Source: an uncultured Pseudomonadota bacterium
Lineage (GTDB): Bacteria; Pseudomonadota; Gammaproteobacteria; Steroidobacterales; Steroidobacteraceae
Direction of reading: 5' to 3'
DNA length: 64,000 bases
Assembly (NCBI GenBank): GCA_963716335.1
Contig: OY970302.1
Coordinates: 3,655,302 to 3,719,301, forward strand
The position numbers and the translations under genes were made by a program. Below the pieces are notes generated by a model, which was not told the DNA's origin, searched no databases, and saw only the letters and a program-made list of their open reading frames with translations. Positions 37,611-47,627 of this stretch are shown one piece after another. The stretch's first letter is position 1. Each line of letters starts with the position of its first letter.

Positions 37611-39411
37611 GCTGCTCATCGCGGCGCTGGCGGGGCTCGGGCTCATCGGGGCGACAGCACCGGCGAGCGCCGTTGCCGCGCCCGAGCCGGCGGCCTGTCG
37701 CGTGGTGCGGCTGGCCGATGTCGGCTGGACCGATGTCACGGCGACCACGGCGCTGTTGAGCGAGGTATTGCGGCGCATCGGCTATGAGCCACAGACGACG
37801 CTCCTGTCGGTGCCGGTCACCTATGCCGTCATGAAGAACGGCAACATCGATGCCTTCCTTGGCAACTGGATGCCTGCGCAGACCAAGGATCGGGCGCCGT
37901 ACCTGCAGGACCACTCGATCGAGATCGTCCGCCAGAATCTCTCCGGTGCCAAATACACGCTCGCAGTCCCCGCCTATCTGTACGCGGCCGGCCTGCGCGA
38001 CTTTGCCGATATCCAGCGCTTCGCGTCCCAGTTGCACGCTACGATCTACGGGATCGAGGCCGGCAACGACGGCAATCGCCACGTGCTCGAGATGATCCAG
38101 CACAACGAGTTCGGGCTCGGCGGCTTTCACCTGGTCGAGTCGAGCGAGCAAGGCATGCTGGCGCAGGTGGCACGTGCGTATGCGGCACGAGCTCCCATCG
38201 TATTCCTCGCGTGGGACCCGCATCCCATGAACATGCAATTCGATCTGCGTTATCTTGCGGGCGGGGACGCGGTTTTCGGCGCCAACTTCGGCGGCGCCTC
38301 GGTCAATACGCTCGTGCGCACCGGCTATCTGCAGCAGTGCCCGAACGTCGGACACCTGCTGCGCAATCTGTCGTTCACGACCCGGGGTGAGAGCGAGATC
38401 ATGCGCGCGATCATTACCGGACACGTGGCACCGGACGCTGCGGCCGCGAAATGGCTCAGCGCCCATCCGGCGGTCCTGCAGGAGTGGCTGCAGGGCGTCA
38501 CCTCGTTCGATGGCCGAAGCGCGCTCGGTCACGCGGCGACCGCGCGCGGACAGCCGATGACGCAACAGTTCGAGACCTGGCTCACCGCGCACAAGCTGCC
38601 GGTAGGGAATGCCGTCGCGGTAGGCATCGAGTGGATCAAGCTGCACGGTGCCGGCGGTTTTCGCCTCACGGGATCGAGCCTGGGCGGTCTGATCGCTGCG
38701 GTCTACGCCGCGCTGCGCGCCGTTCCACCGATTCTGCTCATCCTGGCATGCGCCGTGTTCGCCTGGCGCATGCAGCGCTCGTGGATGCTCGCCACATTCG
38801 TGATCCTGGCGCTGTTGCTCATCATGAACCAGGGCTACTGGCAGCAGACGCTGGAGACGCTCGCCCTGGTGCTGGTCGCGACGCTCGCGGCGACGATCAT
38901 TGGCGTGCCGCTCGGAATCGTCTGTGCCCACAGTCCGACGTTCGCCGCCGCCGTGCGTCCGGTGCTCGACATGATGCAGACGCTGCCGACCTTCGTCTAT
39001 CTCATCCCAACACTCGTGCTGTTCGGTCTGGGAGTCGTACCGGCGCTGATTTCCACGGTGATTTTTGCGCTGCCGGCCCCGATCCGCCTCACCCAGCTGG
39101 GAATCGCCGGGGTGCCACGGGCGCTGGTCGAGGCGGGCGAGGCATTCGGCGCCACCCGCTGGCAGATGCTCTTCAAGGTGGAGCTTCCCGGCGCCGCACC
39201 ACTCATCCTCGCCGGCATCACCCAATGCATCATGTTGAGTCTGTCGATGGTGGTGATCGCAGCGCTCGTGGGGGCCGGCGGTCTCGGTGTTCCGGTGGTG
39301 CGCGCGCTCAATTCCGTGCAGGTCGGCATGGGCGTCGAAGCCGGAATCGCCATCGTGCTGCTCGCCGTCATCCTCGACCGGATCACCCGCGTTCCGCGTC
39401 CTCGGCAATGA
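37555..39411 (+). CDS. Fused glycine-betaine/choline-type ABC transporter: substrate-binding domain (N) + permease domain (C)
   Basis: Signal-like ELLIAALAGLGLIGATAPASAVA; OpuAC-type binding domain (VRLADVGWTDVTATTALL...NIDAFLGNWMP...IYGIEAGNDGN); then a ProW/OpuAB-type permease with EAA loop (EAGEAFGATRWQMLFKVELP). The only canonical start is ATG 37555, which overlaps the betC 3' end by 56 nt. Confidence 0.8.
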   Translation: MTRSSTISKAWHAFRRSPELLIAALAGLGLIGATAPASAVAAPEPAACRVVRLADVGWTDVTATTALLSEVLRRIGYEPQTTLLSVPVTYAVMKNGNIDAFLGNWMPAQTKDRAPYLQDHSIEIVRQNLSGAKYTLAVPAYLYAAGLRDFADIQRFASQLHATIYGIEAGNDGNRHVLEMIQHNEFGLGGFHLVESSEQGMLAQVARAYAARAPIVFLAWDPHPMNMQFDLRYLAGGDAVFGANFGGASVNTLVRTGYLQQCPNVGHLLRNLSFTTRGESEIMRAIITGHVAPDAAAAKWLSAHPAVLQEWLQGVTSFDGRSALGHAATARGQPMTQQFETWLTAHKLPVGNAVAVGIEWIKLHGAGGFRLTGSSLGGLIAAVYAALRAVPPILLILACAVFAWRMQRSWMLATFVILALLLIMNQGYWQQTLETLALVLVATLAATIIGVPLGIVCAHSPTFAAAVRPVLDMMQTLPTFVYLIPTLVLFGLGVVPALISTVIFALPAPIRLTQLGIAGVPRALVEAGEAFGATRWQMLFKVELPGAAPLILAGITQCIMLSLSMVVIAALVGAGGLGVPVVRALNSVQVGMGVEAGIAIVLLAVILDRITRVPRPRQ

Positions 39412-41002
39412 GCGCGGCGCCCTTCTCGGCGACCATGATGGTCGGCGCGTTCGTGTTGCCGGAGGTCACTGTTGGAAACACGGACGCATCGACGATTCTC
39501 AGCGCTTCGATCCCATGCACTTGCAGGCGGGCATCCACCACACAGGTGCGTGGATCCGGTCCCATCCGACAGGTTCCCACGGGATGAAAAACCGTGCCGC
39601 CGCGCTCGCGGAAATCCTGCAGCAGCTGCGCGTCGGTCTGCTTGTCGGTGCCCGGCAGCATCTCGGATTGCACGAAGCCGGACAGCGGGGCGGTCGAGGC
39701 GATCCGGCGCAACAGCCGCACACCTGCGATCACCTCCGCGATGTCGTGCTCGGTGGCAAGGGAATTCGGATGGATGGCCGGGGCGAGGCCGGGATCCGTC
39801 GAGCGCAGCTCGATGTGGCCCCGACTCGTCGGGCGGCACGGATTGAAGGAAAGCAGGAAGGCGGGGAAGGGGTCTGGGTTGAGGAGGCGGCGGTTCGCCC
39901 CCTGGGCCGTGGTGTAGCTGATGGGATTGAAATACAGCTGCAGGTTCGGCCGCGCCTGCGAGGGGTCGCTTTTCACGAACCCGCCCCCCTGATTCACGCT
40001 CATAGCCAAGGGACCCCGGCGCGTCAGCAGATACCGCAGGCCTACCCGGATACGACCCATCAGCGGCAGCAGGACATCGTTGAGTGTGGGGACCGTCGAG
40101 CGATAGAAGTACGAGACCGCCAGATGGTCCTGCAGGTTGCGCCCGACTGCCGGGCTGTCGGCCACCACGGGAATGGCCAGACGCTCGAGCAGCGCGCGGT
40201 CGGCCACCCCCGAAAGCTGTAGCAGCTGGGGTGAGTTGATCGCTCCGCCACATAGAATGACGGCGCGCGCTGCGTATGCTTCGAGCGTTTGCGCGCGGTG
40301 CACGTAGCGCACACCCACGGCACGCCGGCCTTCGAAAAGAATGCGCACGACCTGCGCATGCAGTCGCAGATCGAGGGCATGGCCGCGCATTGCGGGAGCG
40401 AGGTGGGCACGGGCGGTGGATTCGCGCAGGCCGTCGCGCGTGGCGATCTGGTAGATCCCGACCCCCTCGTGCTGCGGACCATTGAAGTCCGGCGTGACCG
40501 GGAATCCCAGCGCGCGGCAGCTTTCCACAAAGCGCTGGCAAAGCGGATGGGCGTCGGCGCCGACATCCGTGATCCGGAACGGGCCACCGCGGCCCTGCAG
40601 CTCATTGTCGGCGGTCGGATGGTCCTCGGCCCGGCGGAAGTAGGGCAACACGTCGCGGAAGCCCCAGCCTGGATTGCCCAGATCGCGCCAGCCATCGAAA
40701 TCGGCGGGCAGTCCGCGGATGTACACCATGGCGTTGATCGAGCCGGAGCCGCCGAGCACCTTGCCCCGCGGCCAGAAGCCACGCCGGCCGCCCAGGCCGG
40801 CATCCGGCTCCGCCTCGTACATCCAGTTGACCGCGGGGCTGTTGAACGTGCGTCCGTAGCCGATCGGCAGCTTGACCCAGATGCGCCGGTCGGAACCACC
40901 GGCCTCGAGCAGCAACACGCGGGCGCCGCCGCCGGCCAGGCGGCTCGCCACCACGCAGCCAGCCGTACCGGCGCCGACGACCACGTAATCGAAGCCTCCC
41001 AT
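39383..41002 (-). CDS. GMC-family FAD oxidoreductase (choline dehydrogenase-like)
   Basis: MGGFDYVVVGAGTAGCVVASRLA (GxGxxG), GKVLGGSGSINAMVY, and C-terminal HPVGTCRMG...DASVFPTVTSGNTNAPTIMVAEKGA. The ATG at 41002 overlaps the stop of the upstream gene by 1 nt. The 708-aa extension is rejected. Confidence 0.88.
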   Translation of the reverse strand: MGGFDYVVVGAGTAGCVVASRLAGGGARVLLLEAGGSDRRIWVKLPIGYGRTFNSPAVNWMYEAEPDAGLGGRRGFWPRGKVLGGSGSINAMVYIRGLPADFDGWRDLGNPGWGFRDVLPYFRRAEDHPTADNELQGRGGPFRITDVGADAHPLCQRFVESCRALGFPVTPDFNGPQHEGVGIYQIATRDGLRESTARAHLAPAMRGHALDLRLHAQVVRILFEGRRAVGVRYVHRAQTLEAYAARAVILCGGAINSPQLLQLSGVADRALLERLAIPVVADSPAVGRNLQDHLAVSYFYRSTVPTLNDVLLPLMGRIRVGLRYLLTRRGPLAMSVNQGGGFVKSDPSQARPNLQLYFNPISYTTAQGANRRLLNPDPFPAFLLSFNPCRPTSRGHIELRSTDPGLAPAIHPNSLATEHDIAEVIAGVRLLRRIASTAPLSGFVQSEMLPGTDKQTDAQLLQDFRERGGTVFHPVGTCRMGPDPRTCVVDARLQVHGIEALRIVDASVFPTVTSGNTNAPTIMVAEKGAALIAEDAERG

Positions 41003-42198
41003 CAAAGACCCGGAAGCACCGGCCGACCCGCCATCTCCAGATGCAGCATGGTACCCGTGTAGGGATGCTTCCCGAGGAGCGCTTCGTTCAACTCGATCCC
41101 CAGACCGGGCTCGGTGGGTGGGATGACGAAGCCATCCTCCCAGCGAATGGGCTTGCACAGAATGTCCGCGTGAAAGCCGTCCCAGCGCTCGATGCCCTCG
41201 AGGATGAGAAAGTTGGGACTGCAGGTGGCCAGCTGGATATTGGCGGCTCCGACTACCGGCCCGCAGTACAGGTGCGGGGCGATCTGCACATGATGCACTT
41301 CGGCCATGCCGGCGATCTTCTTTGCCTCGAGCAGTCCACCGACGCGCCCGAGATTCATCTGCAAGATGGCCGCCGATCCGGCTCGCAGCAGCCGCGCAAA
41401 CTCGTACTTGGTGGCGAGCCGCTCGCCGGTGGCGATCGGAATGCTGGTGGCGCGCGCCACTTTCGCCATTTCTTCCGGAGCATCCGGCGGCACGGGCTCC
41501 TCGAACCACAATGGATCATACGGCTCGAGGCGCCGCGCGAGCCGGATCGCACCCGCCGCGGTCATCTGCCCGTGGGTGCCGAACAGCAGGTCCGCTTTCG
41601 TGCCCACCGCCGCACGCAGCTGACGAACGAATCGCTCGCTGCGCGCCAGATCTTCAAGACCGAGCTGACGTCCATCGAAGGCGCTGTACGGGCCGGCTGG
41701 ATCGAACTTGATGGCGGTGAAGCCCTGTTTCACGTATTCGACCGCGCGCTGCGCCGCCAGATCCGCATCTGCATACACATCCGTGCGGTCCTGCGGGCGC
41801 GCATAGATGTACGTGTAGGACCGCAACCGCTCGTGCACGCGACCGCCCAGCAGCTTGTAGACCGGTTGGCCCGCCTCCTTGCCGATGATGTCCCAGCAGG
41901 CCATCTCGAGGGCGCTCAACACGCCCATCAGCGTCAGATCCGGGTGCTGGGTGAATCCTGCGGAATAGGTCCTGCGCCAGAATCGCTCGATGTCGTGCGG
42001 ATCCTCGTTCAGCAGGTACCGCACGAACACGTCCTCGAGCAGCTGCGCGACCAGGTGCGGATCGAAAGGCACGCAATACGCCTCGCCGATCCCCGCGACG
42101 CGCCCGTCGGTAATCAGCTTGACGAAGACGAAGTAGCGGCCGCCGTTGTGGGGGGGCGGATTGCCGACGACGAAAGTCTTGATCTCTGCAAGTTTCAT
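41002..42198 (-). CDS. Enolase-superfamily enzyme (mandelate racemase / muconate lactonizing enzyme family; acid-sugar dehydratase-like)
   Basis: MKLAEIKTFVV...GIGEAY...ALEMACWDIIGK...AIKFDPAG...DPLWFEEPV...PIATGERL... carries metal-ligand motifs (KFD, FEEP, ATGE) typical of the family. 398 aa. Confidence 0.85.
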   Translation of the reverse strand: MKLAEIKTFVVGNPPPHNGGRYFVFVKLITDGRVAGIGEAYCVPFDPHLVAQLLEDVFVRYLLNEDPHDIERFWRRTYSAGFTQHPDLTLMGVLSALEMACWDIIGKEAGQPVYKLLGGRVHERLRSYTYIYARPQDRTDVYADADLAAQRAVEYVKQGFTAIKFDPAGPYSAFDGRQLGLEDLARSERFVRQLRAAVGTKADLLFGTHGQMTAAGAIRLARRLEPYDPLWFEEPVPPDAPEEMAKVARATSIPIATGERLATKYEFARLLRAGSAAILQMNLGRVGGLLEAKKIAGMAEVHHVQIAPHLYCGPVVGAANIQLATCSPNFLILEGIERWDGFHADILCKPIRWEDGFVIPPTEPGLGIELNEALLGKHPYTGTMLHLEMAGRPVLPGL

Positions 42199-42215
42199 GG
42201 TTCGCGGCTGCGTCT

Positions 42216-43097
42216 TCAGGTGGCGATGGGGGGCGGGACCGGCTTCGCTCGCGAGCTGCCGCGCATGAGCGCGAGGGCAAGCGCGGCCGAAGCCAGCATC
42301 AGGAACAGGCTCACGGCATTCAACACGGGAGTCGCCCCTTCGCGCATGCGGCCGTACATCATGATCGTCAGCGGCGGATCTGCGCCGACTAACATCAGGG
42401 TCGTGTTGAAATTCTCGAACGACATGAGAAAGGCAATGGCCGCCGAGCCGATCAGGGCCGGGCGCAGGTAGGGAAAGGTGATCGTTCGCAGTACGGCCGC
42501 GTGCGAGGCGCCCAGGTTCAGGGCCGCCTCCTCGAGCGTGCGGTCGAAACGCTTGAGGCGCGCACTGATCATCAGCGTGGCGATGGTAGCGATGTAGGAG
42601 AACTGGCCGAGCACCACCAGCGGCAGTCCCGGGCGCAGAAAGTCCAGCTCCAGCCCGAAGGCGCCATCGAGAAACTCGGCAAGCCGGCTGGATAGCGACA
42701 GAATCGAGATGCCGAGAATGACACCCGGTATGACCAGCGGCACGAGCATCAGCATGGACAATGCCTGCTTGCCGGGAAACTCGTACCGCTCCATGAGGAA
42801 GGCATTCGCGGTGCCGATCAGCACCGCAAGCCCGGTGACCCACGAGGCGACGAGCACGCTCGTCCAGATGCTGCCCAGCAGCTCTGCATCGTGGAACAGG
42901 CCGGTGCGGCCGGATGCGCCGTTGCCGAAGAACCAGTCCAGCGTGAAGCCATGCCACGGGGGCGCAGGGTAGGGGGCATCGTTGAAGGCGAATACGGCCA
43001 CGGTCACCAGCGGCAGGAACAGGAACACCAGAAATGCGGTGACGTAGAGCACCGTCGCGGCGCGCAGCCAGCCCGGCCGGGGAAGCGATGCGATCAT
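42216..43097 (-). CDS. ABC transporter permease (PotC/PotI-like)
   Basis: Six hydrophobic segments and EAA loop LEEAALNLGASHAAVLRTITFPYLRPAL. Confidence 0.85.
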   Translation of the reverse strand: MIASLPRPGWLRAATVLYVTAFLVFLFLPLVTVAVFAFNDAPYPAPPWHGFTLDWFFGNGASGRTGLFHDAELLGSIWTSVLVASWVTGLAVLIGTANAFLMERYEFPGKQALSMLMLVPLVIPGVILGISILSLSSRLAEFLDGAFGLELDFLRPGLPLVVLGQFSYIATIATLMISARLKRFDRTLEEAALNLGASHAAVLRTITFPYLRPALIGSAAIAFLMSFENFNTTLMLVGADPPLTIMMYGRMREGATPVLNAVSLFLMLASAALALALMRGSSRAKPVPPPIAT

Positions 43098-43123
43098 GGA
43101 CAGAACACCCGCGGCATTTCGGA

Positions 43124-44017
43124 TCAGGAGCGACGCATGACATCGACGAAGCGCTGCCCGCTCAGGCGCAGCCCCACCGCCACGATCGCCGTCGACAGGC
43201 CCAGCAGCAGGAAGCCGAACGCTGCACCCTGCTCCCAGTTGAAGCGAACGATGAACTGGGTGTAGATGAGCTCGGTAAACCACTGCGAGTTCTTGCCGCC
43301 GAGCAGATTCGGCGTGAGATAGTTACCGAGTGTCAACATGAACACGACGATGCATCCGGCCGTGATGCCAGGGGCAGCATGCGGGATGACGATCTTTCTG
43401 AGGATCGCCGCCCCGCTGGCACCTAGATCATAGGCTGCCTCGATAAGGGAGTCGTCCAGGCTCTCGAGGCTACTCACCAGCGGCACGACCATGAATAACA
43501 GGGAGGTGTAGATGAGGCCGGTGAGAATGGTTGCATCGTGATACAGAAGCTCGACCGGTACGGCGGTCACCCCGAGCTTGACGAGCAGCGTCGGCAGCAC
43601 GCCCGACTCGCGCAGTAGGATCAGCCAGCCGAGCGATCGCACCGTCTCACTCACCCAGAAGGGGATGAGACAGACGACGAACAGCAGCGTGCTTTCCTGC
43701 TCGCGCGCCACTTTGGTGATCACCCAGGCGATCGGAAAGGCCACCAGCAGCGTGAGCGCGGTCGAGATGACCGACATCATCGCGGTGCGCACGAACACAT
43801 GCCAGTACAGAGGCTCGGTGAAGAACGTGCGGTACTGGGCAAGGCTTGCCTGATACTCATGCGGGGCGATGTGCTCCCGAAATGACAGCAGCGCGAGCTC
43901 GATGTGCGGCAGCACGATCAGTGCGAACAGCCACAGCAGCGCCGGGGCCACCAGCACGATCACGATGAGGCGTCGGCGCAAGATCGGCGAGCGCGGCAAT
44001 GTCGTGCCGTCAGCCAT
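43124..44017 (-). CDS. ABC transporter permease (PotB/PotH-like)
   Basis: EAA loop LIEAAYDLGASGAAILRKIVIPHAAPGI. The ATG at 44017 overlaps the ATPase gene end by 8 nt. Confidence 0.85.
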   Translation of the reverse strand: MADGTTLPRSPILRRRLIVIVLVAPALLWLFALIVLPHIELALLSFREHIAPHEYQASLAQYRTFFTEPLYWHVFVRTAMMSVISTALTLLVAFPIAWVITKVAREQESTLLFVVCLIPFWVSETVRSLGWLILLRESGVLPTLLVKLGVTAVPVELLYHDATILTGLIYTSLLFMVVPLVSSLESLDDSLIEAAYDLGASGAAILRKIVIPHAAPGITAGCIVVFMLTLGNYLTPNLLGGKNSQWFTELIYTQFIVRFNWEQGAAFGFLLLGLSTAIVAVGLRLSGQRFVDVMRRS

Positions 44018-45149
44018 GGCCGGCCGCATCCTCTGCCGCGCGGGCCGCGAAGCAGATTGCCCGCTGCGGGTCGAAGCTGAAGGCCACCCGCTCACCGACC
44101 TTGAGATCGGCAAGGCGGCCGGTCTGGGGCAACGCCACGCGGAATTCGCAGCCGCTGGCCGCCTCGTTGAGCAACACCGCGGAGTTGGCCCCATCGAACA
44201 GCAGGCTCTGCACGATGCCCGCGTGGTGTGGATGCTCGACGGGCAGATCGGCCGGGTTGCGCTCGATGTCGACGATCTCCGGCCGTACGAATGCCTCGAC
44301 GGGCGCGCCGGCCGCGAGCGCGCCGCGCTGGCGGGCACGGATCAGCCACCCTGAAGGCGACTCGATGAGAGCAATCTCACCGTCGAGTGAGGACAGGCGG
44401 CCGGCAATCCGGTTGTTGGCCCCCACGAAGCCGGCCACGAACGCACTCGACGGCTCGTAATACAGTTGCTGGGGAGTGCCGAGCTGCTCGAAGCGGCCCC
44501 GGTTCATCACCGCGACATGGTCCGAAAGTACCAGCGCCTCCGACTGATCGTGGGTGATGTAGACGAAGGTGGTGCCGAAGGCGGCCTGGAGCTGCTTGAG
44601 CTCGATCTTCATGTGCTCGCGCAACTTCAGATCGAGGGCGCCGAGGGGCTCATCGAGCAGCAGCAGGGTGGGCTCGAGCACGAGGCTGCGCGCGATCGCG
44701 ACGCGCTGGCGCTGGCCTCCGGAGAGCTGATCGATGCGTTTGTCGGCGGCACCGCTCAGTCCCACCCGCTGCAGCATCGCCTGGGCGCGTCGCCGCCGTT
44801 CGGCTGTGCCGACACCGCGTCGCGCCAGCCCGAACGCGACGTTCTCCGCGACGCTCATCATCGGAAAGAGCGCCAGCTGCTGGAACACCATGTTGACGGG
44901 CCGCCGGTTCGGTGCGACATCGCGCATGCTGCGGCCGCCGATGAGGATGTCGCCCGCATCCGGTACCGTGAAGCCGGCAATCATTCTGAGTAAGGTCGTC
45001 TTGCCGCAGCCGGAGGGGCCGAGGATGGAGAAGAAGCTGCCGCGCTCGACGGCGAACGACAGGCCATCGACGGCTCGATAGCCCGCGAAGTGCTTGACGA
45101 TGCCGCTCGCCGCAAGATCCGGCAGGGCCGCTGTCGCGGTGCTGCTCAA
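44010..45149 (-). CDS. ABC transporter ATP-binding protein (PotA/PotG-like)
   Basis: Walker A GPSGCGKTTLLR, Q-loop VFQQLALFP, signature LSGGQRQRVAIAR, Walker B LLLLDEPL, H-loop ITHD, plus a TOBE-like C-terminus. Start inferred as TTG 45149, overlapping the SBP stop (ATTGA). No in-frame ATG is nearby. Confidence 0.82.
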   Translation of the reverse strand: MSSTATAALPDLAASGIVKHFAGYRAVDGLSFAVERGSFFSILGPSGCGKTTLLRMIAGFTVPDAGDILIGGRSMRDVAPNRRPVNMVFQQLALFPMMSVAENVAFGLARRGVGTAERRRRAQAMLQRVGLSGAADKRIDQLSGGQRQRVAIARSLVLEPTLLLLDEPLGALDLKLREHMKIELKQLQAAFGTTFVYITHDQSEALVLSDHVAVMNRGRFEQLGTPQQLYYEPSSAFVAGFVGANNRIAGRLSSLDGEIALIESPSGWLIRARQRGALAAGAPVEAFVRPEIVDIERNPADLPVEHPHHAGIVQSLLFDGANSAVLLNEAASGCEFRVALPQTGRLADLKVGERVAFSFDPQRAICFAARAAEDAAGHG

Positions 45150-46210
45150 TCGGCCGCCTTGATGCGATCGAGGATGCGCCCTTCCATCTCCTCGAGCCCC
45201 GGCGGGATCGCGGGATACCACTTGATCCCCTTGAATGCACCCTCCGGAAAGCTCGCGTTGTACTGCGCGCGCATTTTCTGATCCACCAGCTGCTCCGTGC
45301 CGCGCGCGGCCGTCCAGTTGCCGACGTTGCGCGTGATGCGAGCGGCAATGTCGGGCCGCATGGTGAAATTGATCCAGGCATAGGCGCCGGCATCGTTGCG
45401 CCCGCGGGCCGGCAGCGCAAAGGTGTCGAGCCAGCCCAGCGCGCCGGACTTCGGCACGATGAACTGGATATCCGGATTCTGCCGATTGAGCGTCCAGCCA
45501 CCGGTGTCCCACATCATTGCCGCTACGATCTCACCGGAGCGCATGCCATTCAGCAGCTGATCCTTGTTGTCGAAGAAGAAACGCACGTTCTTCTTGCACG
45601 CGGCGAGCGTGCGACCGACGCTCTCCATGAGCGCAGTGTAGGCCTTGGGATCGTCGTACAGCGCGAATGGATCCTTGCCGGCGGCAAACGCGAATGCCAT
45701 CAATGTCGGGCGACGCAGGCGCATCGAGGTCTTACCCTTGAGATCCGGACGGCACAGATCCGGGTAGTCGCTCACGCGGGCGCGCTTGGTGTTGGCCACG
45801 AGACCTTCTGCGCCCCACAGATAAGGCAAGCCGTAGAGCTTGCCTTTGAGGGTGGCGATGCGGCGCGTGATCGCGAGGATCTCCGGCCGGAACTGCTGGA
45901 TTTTGACCTTGGATTCATCGATCGGCTTGTACAGGCCGAACTCGCTCTGCACACCCGTGATGCGGTCCTGCGAGGGCTGCGCCAGGTCATAACCGGCGCC
46001 GCCGGTGGCGCGCAGCTTGGAGATCATCTCTTCATTGTTGGAGAGTGTCAGCTCCACCTGGATGCCGGTTTCCATCTTGAACTGCGCGGCCACATCGGCC
46101 GGCACGTAGTCGGCCCAGGTGATGATGCGCAACTTTTTGGCATCATTCGCGAGGGCGGTTCCCGTGAGGAGCAGGCCGATCAGCAGCACGCGGACGAGGG
46201 CGTTTTTCAT
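45146..46210 (-). CDS. ABC transporter periplasmic substrate-binding protein (PotD/PotF polyamine-type family)
   Basis: Signal MKNALVRVLLIGLLLTGTALA, then KKLRIITWADYVPADV...YDLAQPSQD...GLPYLWGAEGL...FIVPKSGALGWLDTFALP, a PotD/PotF-like pattern. 354 aa. The 777-aa ORF extension is rejected. Confidence 0.82.
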   Translation of the reverse strand: MKNALVRVLLIGLLLTGTALANDAKKLRIITWADYVPADVAAQFKMETGIQVELTLSNNEEMISKLRATGGAGYDLAQPSQDRITGVQSEFGLYKPIDESKVKIQQFRPEILAITRRIATLKGKLYGLPYLWGAEGLVANTKRARVSDYPDLCRPDLKGKTSMRLRRPTLMAFAFAAGKDPFALYDDPKAYTALMESVGRTLAACKKNVRFFFDNKDQLLNGMRSGEIVAAMMWDTGGWTLNRQNPDIQFIVPKSGALGWLDTFALPARGRNDAGAYAWINFTMRPDIAARITRNVGNWTAARGTEQLVDQKMRAQYNASFPEGAFKGIKWYPAIPPGLEEMEGRILDRIKAAD

Positions 46211-47565
46211 TCGGTCTCCATGATCGAAGTACGCAGCTGCTTGCAGCTGAAGCTGGCATTGCCAATCGCCCGCGCCTGATCGTGCTGCAGCGTGCGGGTG
46301 CACCACAGCAGATGGAATGCCGACCAGAAACCAGTCGGTGCCAGGCACAGCAGCGCCAGGCGCAGCGAGGCGGCATTGGCGATGTGTCCGGGCGCAAACA
46401 GATCGCTCAGCAAGCCGATCAACTGCGGCGCGATGATGAGATTGCCGACATTGGCCACGAGCAGTGTCGCGGCGCAGAACTGTGCCCGCATGCGTGGCGG
46501 CGATAGATTGTTCAGCACCCCGTAGCAGGGTCCGATATAGAAATAGATCGACGGAATGAAGATCCAGAACATCGCCTTGGTCAAGGGCAGCGAATGCGTC
46601 GCAAAGATGATGATCGAGGGGATGGTGGCGAAGGCGATTCCGCCGCCCAGCAGCCAGAGGATCCGGCGGGGGTCGTGCATGCACGGCCTCCCCAGAAGCC
46701 AGCCCGTAAACACCGTCGCACCGATCCCCGCATACAGATGGATCGGACCGGTGATCGAGCCGGCCTGACCTGCCGATATGCCGTAGCTGCGCATCAAAAA
46801 CGCCGGCGTCCACCAGGTCAGCCCCCAACCCCACAGTGCGGTGATGGCGCTGCCCAGCATCAGGTGGCAGGCCGAGCGCTGGCTCCAAAGAAATCTGGCG
46901 GTTTCTGCAAGGCTGGGGCCAGTTCCAGTGCCGACGGCGTCGAGTTGACCGCGTCGCGGCTCGCGCACCGTGAAGTACACGATGGCACCCAGGAGCACGC
47001 CCGGCAAACCCAGCGCCAGGAACACGGCGCGCCAGCCAAATGCATCGGCGATCTCGCCGGCGATCTGCGCACCGACCCACGCGCCGATCGGCGCGCCGAG
47101 CGAAAAGACGGTGAGCGCCATCGGCCGGCGCAGGGGCGGAAAGTAGTCGGCGATGATTGAGGTGGCGGCAGGCGTACCGCCGGCTTCGCCGATGCCGACC
47201 CCGATTCGCGGAAACAGCAGCTGCCAGTAGCTGGCGGCGCGCCCGCACAGGATTGTCATCGTCGACCAGGCGAGCAGCGAGAGCGCAATCAGGTTGCGGC
47301 GGTTGAGTCGATCGGCGAGCAGCGAAAGCGGGATGCCGAAGGACACATAGAACAGTGACAGAGATACGCCAGTCAGGAATGCGACACCCGAATCGGTGAG
47401 CCGCAGCTCCAGACGGATCGGTTCGAGTACGGTCGAGATGACATATCGGTCTGCTATGCTGACCGTATAAACCATGCACATTGCGAGCAACACGTACCAG
47501 CGTACGGCCGCCGAGGCCGCCGCCGGCACCGGCATGGCTTCGAGCGCTGCCGCCCCGGCCGTCAT
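46207..47565 (-). CDS. MFS transporter
   Basis: 12 predicted TM segments. MFS motif A-like LADRLNRRNLIALS and GVGIGEAGGTPAATSIIADYFP. Its stop overlaps the SBP start (ATGA). Confidence 0.85.
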   Translation of the reverse strand: MTAGAAALEAMPVPAAASAAVRWYVLLAMCMVYTVSIADRYVISTVLEPIRLELRLTDSGVAFLTGVSLSLFYVSFGIPLSLLADRLNRRNLIALSLLAWSTMTILCGRAASYWQLLFPRIGVGIGEAGGTPAATSIIADYFPPLRRPMALTVFSLGAPIGAWVGAQIAGEIADAFGWRAVFLALGLPGVLLGAIVYFTVREPRRGQLDAVGTGTGPSLAETARFLWSQRSACHLMLGSAITALWGWGLTWWTPAFLMRSYGISAGQAGSITGPIHLYAGIGATVFTGWLLGRPCMHDPRRILWLLGGGIAFATIPSIIIFATHSLPLTKAMFWIFIPSIYFYIGPCYGVLNNLSPPRMRAQFCAATLLVANVGNLIIAPQLIGLLSDLFAPGHIANAASLRLALLCLAPTGFWSAFHLLWCTRTLQHDQARAIGNASFSCKQLRTSIMETE

Positions 47566-47627
47566 GCGTGGCAGCGCGGGCTCGCGGTCCGGTCCACGAC
47601 TTCTCTCATCAGATGTCTCCCCCTCTC

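Noticed and set aside
41002-43143. The 713-aa ORF treated as one gene. Similar over-long ORFs: 45146-47479 (777 aa), 44010-45512 (500 aa), 39383-41509 (708 aa), 23219-25669 (816 aa), 33934-36018 (694 aa) and 2958-4730 (590 aa).
   Set aside because: - In each case the N-terminal extension is junk-like and overlaps the well-supported upstream gene in another frame.
- An internal start with correct family N-terminus, signal peptide or Rossmann motif, often in an ATGA/TGATG overlap, gives a protein of the expected length.
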